DNA of 64,000 nucleotides, taken from the NCBI RefSeq assembly GCF_009914755.1, contig NC_060930.1, one strand, 5' to 3'. This document shows positions 1 to 12,490 of this stretch, piece by piece; within the stretch, counting starts at the first letter, position 1, and every line of letters starts with the position of its first letter. Position numbers and translations under genes: made by a program. This DNA is from the human T2T-CHM13v2.0 reference genome, Homo sapiens. The notes under the pieces were generated by a model. It searched no databases. It saw nothing but the letters and a program-made list of their open reading frames with translations, and was not told the DNA's origin.

Positions 1-1482
1 TGCTTGGGGTCTGGACCAGCCCCTGATCCCCATGGACTCTCCATAACCTGGACACAGCAAGGATGAGGGCTGCAAGACAGCAAAGATGGCAACCTGCCCT
101 CCCACTGGGAGCTCTGTCCCTGGGAGTTGCAAAGCTGCTACCAACTCATTAGCCCTGGTGGTGGGTGGCTGGAGACCCAGGCCCAGAGGACCCACCCTGT
201 GAGGAGATATGGGATCAGGGACCCATGTAACAAACAGTCTGGCCACTTTTCCACAGGGCTGCTGCAGTATGCTGGGGGTCCACTCCAGTTTCCAGTCACC
301 TTGGATTTTCCAGCCCCTGAAGGTGTCAACAGGGAAGCCTACAAAATAGCAAAGATGGCAGCCTGCCCCTCCCTCTGGGAGCTCCATTGAGGGAGGTATA
401 GATGTGTTGCTGGTCCAAAAACACTGGCAGGGTGGTTGTAGACCTAGGTCAGAAGATTCCACCCAGTGAAGAGAAATATGATCCAGTACCCACGTGAAAA
501 AGCAGTCTGGCTACTTCTCTGTAGACCTGCTGTGCTGTGCCAGGGGATTGCTCCAGTCCCTAGGCACCTCAGACTTCCTTGAGCCCAAAGGCAACAACAG
601 CTAAGGCTACGAAACAGCAAAGTTGACAGCCCGTCACTCCCTTCCCACTGGGAGTTTTGTCCTAGGGAGGCTCGGAACTATTGCCAACTGGAAAACAAAG
701 GTGGCGAAGGTGACTGGTGACCCCAGTCAGGATGTCCTGCCCAGTGAGAAAAAATGGGGTCAGGGACCAGAATAAAAAAGGCAGTCTGACCACTTTTCCA
801 TAGGGCAGCTGCACTGAAGGCAACAACGGCTAAGGCTGTAAAACAGCAAAGATGGCGGCCTGCCCCTCTTTCTGGGAGCTCCATCTCAGGGAGGCATTGC
901 TCCCAGTGGCTGGCTGGAGTTCCCAGCCAATGGGTCTTCTCTTGTGGGGTGCTATAGAAGCTGGGCCTGCAGACTATGACTGCTCAGCCCTCTGGATTCA
1001 AGCCCTTTCCTAGGGGTATGTATGGGGATCTAAACTCCTGCTTTGCCAGAGTTAAAGCTGCTTTTGCCAGGAAGCCTGGGTATCTAAAGCTCCTGGGTCT
1101 CTGTGTGTGCCTGAGCAGCTGCTCTGCCAAAACTCCATGTAGCTCTGTGCATCAGACTGCAGGCCCTGGTGGAGTGGGTTTGCTAAGGGATCTCCTGACC
1201 GACGGTTGCAAAGATCCATGGGAGAAATGTGGGTCCCCGGGGTTGCTCACTCACTCACCGCTTGCCTGGGCAGGGGAGGCTCCCCTGGCTCCATGTTGCT
1301 CCTAGGTGGGCACTCATCCTGCCTTGCTTTTCTCCATTCTCTATGGATTGAATTGTTTACTTGATGAATCCCAATGCTTGTACCTGGATGTCTCAGTTGA
1401 AGGTGCTGTATTTACTTGCCCCTTCCATTTCTCTCCCTGAGAGAGGCACACTCTAACTCCTTCTGATCAGCCATCTTGGCCA
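1..1482 (-). mobile_element. 5' UTR of an old primate L1 (L1PA13-16/L1PB/L1P4-type), continuing off the left edge
   Basis: cagccatcttggcc at 1468-1481 is the reverse complement of the L1 start motif GGCCAAGATGGCTG. The region is GC-rich with internal ~270-bp repeats. Confidence 0.8.
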
Positions 1483-2084
1483 GACTTGCATTTTTATTTC
1501 TAATAAGCACCCCCAAGCAATTCTGATGCAACTTGTCCAGAGAAGGGCATTTGGGAAATGGTACAGACTGAAAATTGCCTAAGGTCACACAGCAAGCCAG
1601 TGAGCAAGCAAAGACCAGAACATCTCTTCCCTTCCCATCCAGGGTGGAGGAGGAAGAAGAGATGGAGGAGGAAAGAGAAAAATAATAAGGCAGAGAAGGC
1701 CCATGTGGGTCAAATCCACTCAATGTTAGTGCCAAAATTATACTTTCCATCTTGCACTAAGCCCAGAAAACCTGTTCCACTTTCTTGTGTTTGCTGCCTA
1801 GTCATCAATATTATCATAGACCCACTCACCAGGGCCAGAAACCTGGAAGAAACCAGAGCCTCCCACCTCTTAGTCAGTACCCCCCAAAAAATTAATCCAA
1901 ATCCTTCTGCCTTGAAAGCTCAAAATAGGCCTCCTCTCCCTACCTCAGGAAGAATTTTCCCTCAGAAAATTCTGAGAAAGAATCAAAAAGAAATGCTAGA
2001 AATAACTTTTGATGGGCTTATTAGCAGGCTGGACACAGCTAGGGAAAGAATTTGAATTTGAGGCTATGTCAATAGGAACTTCTA

Positions 2085-2507
2085 GGCTGGGTGCAGTGGT
2101 TCATGCCTGTAATCCTAGCACTTTGGGAGGCCAAGGTGGGAGGATCATTGAGTCTAGGAGTTCAAGATGAGCCTGGACAACACAGAGAAACCCCATCTGT
2201 AGAGAAAATTTAAAAATTAGCCAGGCATGATGGCATATGCCTATAGTCCCAGGTACTCAGGAGCCTGAGGTGGAAGGATTGCTTGAGCACAGGAGTTCAA
2301 GACCAGCCCTGGCGACATAGCAAGATCCCATACTACAAAATTTTAAAAAATTAGCTAGGCATGGTGGTGCACACCTGTGGTCCCAGCTACTCAGGAGGCT
2401 GAGGTGGGAGAATTGTTTGGGCTGAGTAGGTCAAGGCAGGAGTGAGCTACAGTCAAGCCATGGCACACCAGCCTGGACGACAGAGCAAGACCATGTCAAA
2501 AAAAAAA
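2085..2507 (+). mobile_element. Three-armed AluJ-type element
   Basis: Left arm 2085-2218, hybrid arm 2219-2352, right arm 2353-2497, then poly(A). Confidence 0.85.
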
Positions 2508-2926
2508 GAAATAGAGAGAGAAAAGCAAAGAAAGAAAAAGGAAAAAAGAAAGAAAGAAAGAAAGAAAGAAAAGAAAGAGAGAGAAAGAAAGAGAGAAAGG
2601 GAGAAAGAGAGGAAAGAAAGAAAGAAAGAAAGGAGAAAAGAAAGAGAGAAAGAAAAAGAAAGAGAAAGACAGAAAAGAAGAGAGAGAAAAAGAAAGAGAA
2701 AGAAAGAGAGAAAGGGAGAAAGAGAGGAAAGAAAGAAAGAAGAGAGAAAAGAAAGAAAGAGAGAAAGAAAAAGAAAGAGAAAGACAGAAAAGACAGAAAG
2801 AAAAGAAAGGGAGAAAGAAAGAAAAGAAAGAAAGGGAAAGAAAGAAAAAGAAAAGAAAGGAAGGAAAGGAGGGAGGAAGGAAGGAAAAAAGGAAAGAATG
2901 AAAAAGGGAAGGAAGGAAAGAAGGAA
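2508..2926 (+). repeat. GA-rich polypurine microsatellite expanded from the Alu tail
   Basis: (GAAA)n/(GGAA)n/(GA)n mosaic; source of the spurious K/E/R- and F/L/S-rich ORFs. Confidence 0.95.
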
Positions 2927-3919
2927 GTCACAAAACTGAAAAGCAAAGGAAAAAAAGACTACGAGAAAAACAAAATAGAATATTGCCCAGTGGCTTCGCT
3001 CCCCTTCTTCTCCTACTCCTCCACACGCATTCTTCACTGCAGCCTGATGAGAAATGAGACTAATGAGAAAAGCAGTTGAAAAGATCAATGTACATTTTTG
3101 TTTTGCATTTTCTTGTACATTCTCTCCTCCCGCCCCCCCACCCCCTTAAGGTCATGGCATCTCTAAATTCAAGGTTTCTAAGCCATCTGGGGGAACATTT
3201 GTTGAGAGGGATAAAGAAGTCACCATTTGGAAACCTCTTCCTTATTTAAATCCTGGATTTCACTCTTTCGTTTTTTACAGAGCCCATGTTGTTCCTGAAA
3301 TATTATATTGCTATGAAGTTGAAGTTTTGTTTTATAGGTAGCAAATGGTCAAAAGTACCTATTCTGGGTGTTCAAGGTTTTTCTTGTTGCTATTATTGTA
3401 GTTTGCTTTGGTTTGTTTTCAGGGAAAGAAACGTACACACCACAGATTTATATAGCTGATAACTTTCCAAGCAATCAACAAGTACCTGGAATCCAGGTTT
3501 GAGTAAACTTTGACTAACTTTGCATTCCCATGTTTAGCATGAATCTAAAACTCAAGAAATCTAAAAGACAACCAGAATATCAGACAAAGCACAAGGCTGG
3601 TAATCTGTAATCACCATCTATTAGCTTCATTGTTGCACGTGTATTTTTTTAATGCTATGTTTCCAATAATTCTTTGACAATCCACAGTTTCACCAATGTT
3701 TACAGAACGTTTCAGAGATTCAGGTTTATGGAGCCAAAAAGGCATAGGATCCACCCTGCCTGCCATTTTCTCACCCTACAAAGCAGAGTCAAATTTGATC
3801 TTGTTTAAAAAACACTTTTGACAGAATTATTGCTCCTATTGCCAAGAAAGAAGCCGTGAGAATGTCTGATTAACTTCTTCCCCCATTGGTCTCCCCAGCA
3901 GCCATTCCCCTCCACTCCA

Positions 3920-5035
3920 GTGTTGTTTCACAGCTCACTGATGCACTGTTCACTTTCTGGCCATACCTTTTCTCTTTCCTTTTGCTGTATCTTTAGGTTC
4001 ATTGATTTTTTTTTTCTTCTGCAGTGTCTAATCTGCTGTTAATCCCATCCAGCATATTTTTAATCTCAGACATTGTATGTTTTATCTTTAGAAGTTCAGG
4101 TGAGTCTTTTGAATATCTTCCATGTCTCTACTAATAGAAAATATATTTTTCTTCTATCACCTTAAATATAAGGAATACAGTTATAAAAACTATTTTAATG
4201 TCCCTGTCTACTAATTGAAGAGTCTCATCTGCCTCACTTCCAGATTTCTTTCTATTGATTGACTTTTCTCCCATTATGAGTTGCTCTTCGCTGCTTCTTT
4301 GCAGGCCTGCTCATTTTTACGGATAACACTGTAAATTTTGCCTTGTTGAATGCTAGGTATAATTAAATTCCCATAGATACTTTTGAGCTTCATTTTGGAA
4401 GGCAGCTAAATTACTCTGAAATCGTTTAATCATTTTGAGGCTTGCTTTTAAGCTTTTTAAAGGGAGACCACAGCAGCCTTTAGTCTAGGGCTAATTTCCC
4501 CTCATCACTCAGTCAAAGCTCTTCTGTGTCTTCCCAATGCCCCATGAATTACAAGGCTTTTCTTCTCAGGCTGTTGGAAAAACAAACCATCCCTGACCCT
4601 GTGTGAACCCCCCTCCTTTCCAGTGGTTTCTCAGCGTCTGACAACTGACTCACCTGTGTATGCTTTCAAGGACTCAGCCAAATTCTTCAGGGGGACCCTC
4701 CAGATCTCTGGAGTTTCTCTCTACACAGCTGTCATTTCTAGTAATCTTCCCTCAAACTCTAGCCACCTTGGCCTCCCTGTAATCTACACTCTATCTCCCA
4801 AAGTCAGGGAGTCCACCAGCTCCCCCAGGACCCCTCCCTGCACTCTCTCAAGGCAGAAAGCTGGGGCATCACAGGACTCTGTCTGTTTCCCTCCCTCTGG
4901 TAACCCTCCAAGATCGCTTCACTCCCTGGTCTACGATGTCTAAAACCATCATTTTCTACATTTGGTCTGTCTGGTCTGTTAGTTGCTTTTGGGAGGAAGG
5001 CAAATCCAGTCCTTCTTGCTCTGTCTTGGCTGAAG
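3920..5035 (-). mobile_element. Ancient L1ME-like ORF1/5' region fragment
   Basis: ttcttctgcagtgtctaatctgctgttaatcccatccag...ttccatgtctcta resembles antisense L1ME ORF1; highly diverged. Confidence 0.6.
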
Positions 5036-5630
5036 GTTATCACACCCTGCCACTGTCAATGTGTAGAAGTTTCTGCAAGACCCTCAGTAGGTTTTCCTAG
5101 TTTAGATAGTTTGAGGTTCACTTTTGATTGTGTGTTTTCAGAATAAACCAAAAGGTAATATCACAAACACTAGTTCCCAGATGGGGGATGAGCTCCGGGT
5201 CCACAGCACCTCCGAGAGCTGTCCCCTCTCTGGCCCTCTCTGCCTGCCTGATCCAGGGCTCCTGCCACTGCATTCTCCTTTCCATTGTTCTCTGAGCTAA
5301 GAATCACCATCTACGCACACGGGCTCTACACCACAGCAGGAAGGTGCAGTGCCTGGATCTCTGGCTCAGAAACAGTTTATGTCTTGTCAGGTTCACAATC
5401 CAGGATGTGGGCCCACGGTGTGCTGGGCTGGCGCTAGGCTGGCGCTGGGCTGCAAAAACCAACTGCACTTCTCTTTTCAGCTCTGTGTTCCGCAATTTCA
5501 CATGACTAGTTGAAAGCAGCCTGGTGAGGGTGTTTACACACTGAATTCCGCAAAGGCTACCAATCAGGGTTTTTTTTTTTTTCTAGAGAGCCATTTACCA
5601 GCACATTTCTACCTATGACCAAAATATGAG

Positions 5631-6203
5631 TTTTTTTTTTTTTTTTACAACCCAGAGGTCCTTTATTTTTCTTTTTAACACCTATTATGCCATGAATTAA
5701 TAGGGAATAGGTTCCAGCAGCTCAGGCTCCTTCCCATTGGTTCTCACAAAGTGTGTTTCTCTGGGTGGAGCAGGCTGGCGCTTTAGCTGAACCCAGGTAC
5801 CTTTCTCTTTGGCTTCTTTCTTTTTCTGATCATTTTCCTTCACGCGTTTCAGGAAGCTATCTCGGCTCTTAGAGTGCGTAATGTGCTCAATACGCACATT
5901 AATTCTCTTGGCAAGAATCTTGCCCTTAACTTGTTTGTTTACAACAATGCCAACAGCATGCTGGGGAACATCGTAGACTCCCAGTTTTGCCATGGTGACA
6001 CTTGTGGGGCATTCCTTTTTGAACAGTACCCATTCCCTTGATGTCTACATTATCACCTTTCTTATAGATTCGCATATACGTGGCCAAAGGAGCAACTCCA
6101 TGTTTTCTAAAAGGCCTAGAGAACATATGTCAGGTGCCTCTCCTCTTTCCCTTTGTGTTCGTCATTTTGGCGAATTACCGGAAGATGGCGGTTCCGGCCA
6201 AAA
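5631..6203 (-). pseudogene. RPL21 (pseudogene): RPL21 processed pseudogene, full length
   Basis: Intronless RPL21 translation (MTNTKGKRRGT...[13 protein letters not shown]...[26 protein letters not shown]...PELLEPIPY). ATG at 6165-6163, native stop at 5687-5685. Lesions: CGA>TGA at codon 12, a 2-nt deletion near 5980, and GAA>TAA near the end. Poly(A) is T 5631-5646; TSD gaccaaaatatga at 5617-5629 and 6204-6216. Confidence 0.97.
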
Positions 6204-6651
6204 GACCAAAATATGATTTTTTAATAAGCAGTATACATCTCCTCTGGGAAAAGAAAAGGGGACTTTTTTTGAGCACCTACACTATACCAGGTAGAGTGCT
6301 GGGTACTTCAGATACTAGGGTGATCAGATTTCCTATTTATTCTTGTCTTACACTTTCCAGCACAATAATGGCAAAATTCTGCTTACATGTCTCCTATACA
6401 CCTGGGTAGGAGACCTGAGAGTAGCCTAGGATTTTACTTTCCAACTAGTATTGGGAAGTGTCTGAGAGTTCAGAGAGGAAGAAATGGCCAAACTCATGAA
6501 AAGTGTGGCCATTATCAGCCTGATAAGTGGACTCTGAACCCTGGATTCTGATTGCACCCAACCTCTGTGTGCCTTTAACCCCCATACCGCCCACCAACAT
6601 CTGAGGAGAAACAAGAATTTTTGCAAACATCACTGAATTAAGAATCAGAAT

Positions 6652-6957
6652 GCCTGGGCAGGGTGCAGTGGCTCACGTCTGTAATTCTAGCACTTCGGGA
6701 GGCCAAGGTGGGAGGATCACTTGAACCCAGGAGTTCGAAGCCAGCCTGGGCAATGTAAGCAGACCCCGTTTCTACAAAAAAATTTAAAAATATATCAGGG
6801 CATAGTTGGGCACTCCTGCAATCCCAGCTACACAAGAGGCTGAGGTGGGAGGATTGCTTGCACTAAGGTGGTTGAGGTTGCAGTGAGCCATGATCACACC
6901 AATGTACTCCAGCCTGGGCAACAAACTGAGACCCTGTCTAAGAAAAAAAAAAAAAAA
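6652..6957 (+). mobile_element. AluJ
   Basis: Dimeric Alu with J-type ggaggatcacttga/ggaggattgcttg and poly(A). Confidence 0.92.
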
Positions 6958-8031
6958 GAATGAGGCTGCCTGGATTTGATCTCTGCCATAATCACTGGCA
7001 TCTTATGTGACTGTGAGCAAGAAAAAAAGAAGTAATGATAGTCATATCTCAGAGCACAATAGTGTACCTGAAACCTTACTGTAAATGCAAAAGTGTCGTG
7101 CACTGGGGGAACCTTTTTCATGAAATCCTATGTCCAAACTTGATACATGGCCCCTCTTGCAGGGGACACATCAACTTCTTTCTAGCCAGGAGAGGGAGCC
7201 ACTGCACACATGGGCCTGGGTCCTAAAGAGGATGGAAGAGCTTCCAGGGGGTCCTGAATTGCTGTCTTTCTCAGCCTACCCCAGGCTGTGGCTCCAGCCC
7301 CTACCTGCAGGTCCATCTGGGCTTAGAACAGGAGAGCAGAGGAAACAGGAGGCTTAAATGTGAATTGTTCTTAGACTCCCCCCATCCCATGTGTCTTCAT
7401 TCCCTGCCAGTGTCTCCTGCCTTCCTTTGTCCTTGTTACTTAAGATCCACGTATCCTACCCAGACATACCCTCACCATCTATTCGTGCTTTCTTCCCTCA
7501 TGCTCCTACCTCTGCAGGTATCAGTCAGCAAATATGATGCAGAGATCATGAGTGCATTTTACCAGGAATGATTTAGAAGGATGGACCTCCCCAAAATGGA
7601 TGACTAATGGTGGAAATGCCAGACACTCGGCAGAACAATGCCCAAAAAATCAGATGCAGATGGAGCCTGGGTTACCTGTCAAATCCCAACATGAAACAAC
7701 GTCCGACTTCCCCCAAGGGCAGGGATGATCCTGGGTAAGCTAGCCCCTTGAGGTGTGGTCATGCTAACCTGTCCCCTGCTACAGAGAGGGCAGAATTGGA
7801 CAGCAAGAATTGTGTATCTATTTCCGATGGCTCACAGATGAGAGCTCTGTTGTGCTCTTCAGAATGCCTGGAGGTCAGAGCTCAGGCCATAGAGATGGCA
7901 AGGCCTGGCCACTGTCATGACCAGCAGACACTGAGCCTGGGGTCATGTTACCCCCTGACACACACCTATGAGGCCACACTTGCCCTGCCATGGTTATTCT
8001 CCCAGAGATCTGTGGAGCAAACATGCTCTTT

Positions 8032-8036
8032 GTGTG

Positions 8037-8081
<45 letters not shown>
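8032..8081 (+). repeat. (TG)n microsatellite
   Basis: About 25 TG units with one interruption. Confidence 0.97.
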
Positions 8082-8085
<4 letters not shown>

Positions 8086-9130
8086 ATACACATATGTGTA
8101 CACCAGGAATCCTTGGATCCAGAAACATCACTAAATACTCAGCTTATACTAAGAGCAACCCTACCAAATACCTTGCCTGGGGACCCAAACTCTGGAGTTC
8201 ACAATCCACTAAAAAAAAAAAGAGAGAAAGAAAAAAACTGGAGTCTTACCAACCCTATAAGGACTCGGGCTCCCTCTATGTAAAATATGACTCAAAGATG
8301 ATTAGAATCTTCAATTCTTACAATAGGAGGCTATTTCTGACAGAACCTGGCCTTAAAACCTCACCAATTTTTATAAACAGATAGAGTTGCTCTGGGAATT
8401 GATAAATTTCTCTGTCATAGGGTTGAGTAAAAGATGAATGTTCTAATATCAACCCTGGCCAATATGATCTCAAGTGCAACTTACTGGAAAAAAACTTAAA
8501 CTAGCCATAGATGGACTCACAGGATGTTTTCCTCACCCTAAAAAAAAAAGAAAGAAAGAAAAACATGATTGATTTTGAACTTGGGTATCCTAATCTATCT
8601 GTGTAGTAAGTTCCAGTATTTAGGCTCCTGGGTGAGTGATTTAAGCTCTGCGAGTCAATTCATGGCCAGTGATGACAAGTGATGGAAGAGGACAATGGCT
8701 GTTTGAAGAAGAAATGGAAGAAACAGAATGTTCTGTGAGGAAGTGATTTCCTTTGGGGAAAAGGGAACATCATGGTGTAATGGGGAGTTGCTCCTTCTTC
8801 ATGAGCAGAGACTTTCTTCTGGAGACCAGCAGAATCAGAAGAGCAGAGCCCAGCACCCTGACCTGTGGGAACGGAGGAAGGTGCGGGGCACCTGCCCGTG
8901 GTCTGTGAGGTCAAGAAGCGAAAGCATTGTGCTTCTGGTGCAGGAAGGAGATGGCGCAACCACCAAATGTTTCCTGCAACTCTATCTGCTCACCCTTGGT
9001 TCCAAATAAACCCTAATGCAGGGAAAGAGCAAAAGACACAGGTGCAAAAACTTGCTAAAATGCCTGGGTTATAAATTTAATTGAGAAAACCACAGCTGGT
9101 AGAGCAGGCCTTGCAGAAAATGCAGGGAAA

Positions 9131-9445
9131 GCTGGGCCTGATGGCTCATGCCTGGAATCCCAGCACTTTGGGAGTCCAGGGTGGGAGGATAGCTTGAGCC
9201 CAGGAGTTTAAAATCAGCCTGGGCAACAGAGCAAGACCGCATTTCTACAAAATATAAAAAATTAGCCAGGTGTGGCGGTACACACTTGTAGTCCCAGCTA
9301 CTCGGGAGGCTAAGGCAGGAGGATTGTTTGAGCCCAGGAGCTTGAGGCTATGGTGAGCACTACTGCACTCCAGCCTGGGCAACAGAAAAAAAAGAAAGAA
9401 AAGAAAAGAAAGAAAAGAAAGAGAAAAGAAAAGAAAAGAGAAAAA
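9131..9445 (+). mobile_element. AluJ with small right-arm deletions and a GAAAA tail
   Basis: Dimeric Alu; degenerate TSD aaaatgcagggaa / aaaacgcagagaa. Confidence 0.9.
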
Positions 9446-9984
9446 CGCAGAGAATAAGATCTAGACAGGGCCAATGTCCCAACAGAGCAATGGCCACAGA
9501 AGGACAGGGTGGGAAGGCCCCAGTCTGGAGTGACCTGCCACCGTGCCCAGTAGTGACTGGGACCCTACATTTGTGTGTGACCTGACTCTCAGGGCTTTGC
9601 AGGCCATCAGTGAAAAGATGGCCCCTCTCAGACACACACCCAAGGCCCTGCATGAAGTCATTGCTGTGTGCTATTATTTAGTTTTCAAAGGGAAAATTCT
9701 CTCTCGAGAGTGGGAATCTTTGCCAAATTGCTTAGTTACCAAGTGTTTGCAGTTATATTTACAAACTCAGTCCATCCCCTTTTCTGTTTTAATCACCAGA
9801 AATTGTCTTGGTTTATTTCCCGGGCCCTGGCTTTGAGATCAGGCTGCCAGAGGCTGAGTAAAAATCCACTCCCGTGTGAGCGCTGTGCTGTGAGGGCCAC
9901 CCCTCCACCCGCCATCTGCTTCAGTACTGAAGTCAGCTACTTCCAACTGTGCTTCTATCCCGTCGTTCCCCCAGCTCTCCAGTG

Positions 9985-10280
9985 GACTTACGCTGAGCAC
10001 CTACTATGTAGCAGACACTCCACTATGCAGATGTCTATTACCAGACAACATGTAATAGCTCAGGTCCAATGTTTCTATATATTTCCATTTATTTAATCCT
10101 CACAATAACCCTACAGAGACTATGCTAATGCTCCCATTCTACAAAAGAGCAAATAGAGGCACAGAGCACTTTAAGCGATGTGACCAATGTCGCACTGTTA
10201 CTAAATGTTGGAGATAAGATTTAAACCCAGGCATTCTGGTCCCAAAGCTCACGTATGTATCAGACCTCACAACCCAGTAG
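9985..10280 (-). mobile_element. MIR
   Basis: ttacgctgagcacctactatgt...tttaatcctcacaataaccctac...cccattctaca...gatttaaacccaggcattctgg core. Confidence 0.75.
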
Positions 10281-10799
10281 TGAACTAGTGGGCTCACAAG
10301 TGCCAAGCAGCATGGGGGGAATGTTCTAGAGATGGACTGCAGGGAACCGTGGACACAGAGAGGGACAGACTTTACCTGGGGTTGCTGTGCATTGAGCACA
10401 CCATGTGCCCCGGTTTGTCTCACCACCTTTAAGCCCCCAGCACCATCATGGCAGCATCTCACAGGTGCCCAGAGACTCAAGACCAACTTTCAGAATAAAG
10501 TCGTGAATGAATGGAAAATGCTCTCCGCTCCGTGCTGCGGGGATGAGAGCTGATTCGGCTGCTGACTTTGTGAGTTCCTTCGGTGCCTTCACAGTTTCCT
10601 TCCTGCCTCAGTGGTGGAGGACTCACTATCTTGGAGAGACGCTATTAACAGTCCCAGGCAGCTCAGTGCTTCTGAGGAGATTTTCAGGCTTGGCCCCCTC
10701 AAAATCCAGGACTCCTTCCCCTCAGTCTGCTGTTGAACCATTGCTCTGTGTCTCACACTTGCTGCACACCTGTCCTCGTCACTCCAGCACCTGCTGTGG

Positions 10800-11260
10800 A
10801 CACACACAGGCACTCACTCAGTGCCCATCTAGCAGCACCCACTATGCCCCAGACCCTGGTCCAGGTGGTGGCACTCCTGGCCCCATGGAGACAGTGGAGG
10901 GCAGTGATAAACAAAACAAAGAAGTGAGATACACCCCCTTGCTCTCCGAATTGGAGCCTAGTTCCTAGGTTTGGAGAGCGGGAGTCGGCCCTAAAGAATG
11001 CCTGCGTGAAAGGTGTTGATGGTGACAAACGCTGTGCGGAGATGCAAAGCAGAGAGAGGGGAGAGGGATGCAGCGTGGGATGAGGGACTGTGACTAAATA
11101 GTCTGAAAAGTCATCCCTGAGGAGGGGACCTTAAGTAAAGGAGAAGGTGAGTCATCCCAATAACTAGGGGAAGAGGACTCCAGGCAGAGGGGACGGTCAG
11201 GGCAAAGGTGCAGGGGTAGGAGTGTGTCTGACATGCCCAATGTTCAAAGGATGCTGGAAG
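10800..11260. mobile_element. L2 3' fragment
   Basis: cactcactcag...agcacccactatgcccca and ggggaagaggactccaggcagagggga...ggcaaaggtgcagggg motifs typical of L2. Confidence 0.6.
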
Positions 11261-12184
11261 ATGCTACAACTTTTCTCTGTGAGCAACAGATCCCAGAATT
11301 TGAGCTATGGGCTCTGGGGGCCTTTGCAATCAGACAGAACTGGGCCAGAACTGGGCCTGAAGTCTTGCTTTTCCACAGACCAATCATGCAAACTTGAACA
11401 AATGCCTTAATCTTTCTGAGGCCCTCACCAGCCTGCCCAATGGAAAGCCATAATATATAAAGCCAGCAGCAGAGAGCTGGAGCAAAACAAATGGCAGTTA
11501 CCTGTGTGATGCAGGGAAAGGGAGAATCCCACTCTCTCTGGCGTGCCAGTTTCTGGCATGGTGATTTAGAAGCATGATTCTAGCCAAGCGCCTGCTTCCC
11601 TTCTCCTTCTGCTGCTGCTCATCTGACACACCTTCTGCCTGGGCCAATCAGAATGCCTAGAACACTACCTGATACCAGGAAGGGATCTGCCGGCCATGAG
11701 GCCATCTCACATACACTGTACACTGCAACATCTCAGCAGCCTTCTCAGATTCGTAGAGGAAAACTGTTACTGTCCTATTAACATAGAGAGATGAGTCAAC
11801 TGACTTCACATGTCAGTGATGGAACTCGGAAATAGAGGCCCGAAGATGGGATTCATGTGGGGGTGCCCAGAGATCATTGGCCCCTCTGCCTGCCATGAAG
11901 CCTGCTTTTGTGCTGTTCCCGCTTGGGCAAGAGCTGAGCTTGCTGTGAAAGGTGCAGCTCCCCACACTACCAAACCCCTAGCCATCGCCTCCCGATGGAG
12001 ACCTCAGGTATTGGGCCTCCAAGAATCAGAGAGGCCTGCATGGGAAGTGGGTGTGGCCCAAGGGCTGGGGTCCTGGCAGTCAGAGAGAGGGGGGCCATGA
12101 GAGTCCCAGTGTCTGGGTTGGGGGAATTGGGGTGACAGTGCTCCAACACACAGAATGGAAGGCAGATAAAATAAAAAAAAATAA

Positions 12185-12490
12185 GGCCGGGAACAGTGGC
12201 TCAAGCCTGTAATCCCAGCACTTTGGGAGGCCAAGGAGGGCAGATCACAAGGTCAGGAGATTGAGCCCATCCTGGCTAACATGGTGAAACCCCGTCTCTA
12301 CTAAAAAAAAAAAAAAAAAAAAAAAATTAGCTGGGCTTGGTGGCGGGCACCTGCAGTCCCAGCTACTCGGGAGGCTGAGGCAGGAGAATGGCGTGAACCA
12401 GGAGGCGGAGCTTGCAGTGAGCGAGATTGCACCACTGCACTCCAGCCTGGACGACAGAGTGAGACTCTGTCTCAAAAAAAAAAAAAAAAA
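12185..12490 (+). mobile_element. AluY with an expanded middle A-tract
   Basis: Y diagnostics ggagaatggcgtgaacc and gcggagcttgcagtgagc; about 24 A at 12303-12326. Confidence 0.93.

Larger units (their letters stand above)
1965..2990 (+). mobile_element. Old L1M (L1MC/MD-like) ORF1 fragment interrupted by an Alu and a GA tract
   Basis: aagaatcaaaaagaaatgctagaaata...tttgatgggcttattagcaggctggacacagct (KNQKEMLEI...FDGLISRLDTA) resumes after the insertion as aaaactgaaaagcaaagg. Confidence 0.7.

Noticed and set aside
2431-3088. K/E/R-rich and F/L/S-rich ORFs of 165-211 aa (similar ones at 17511-18172 and 30881-31281)
   Set aside because: Translations of GA/TC microsatellites, which lack stop codons by composition.
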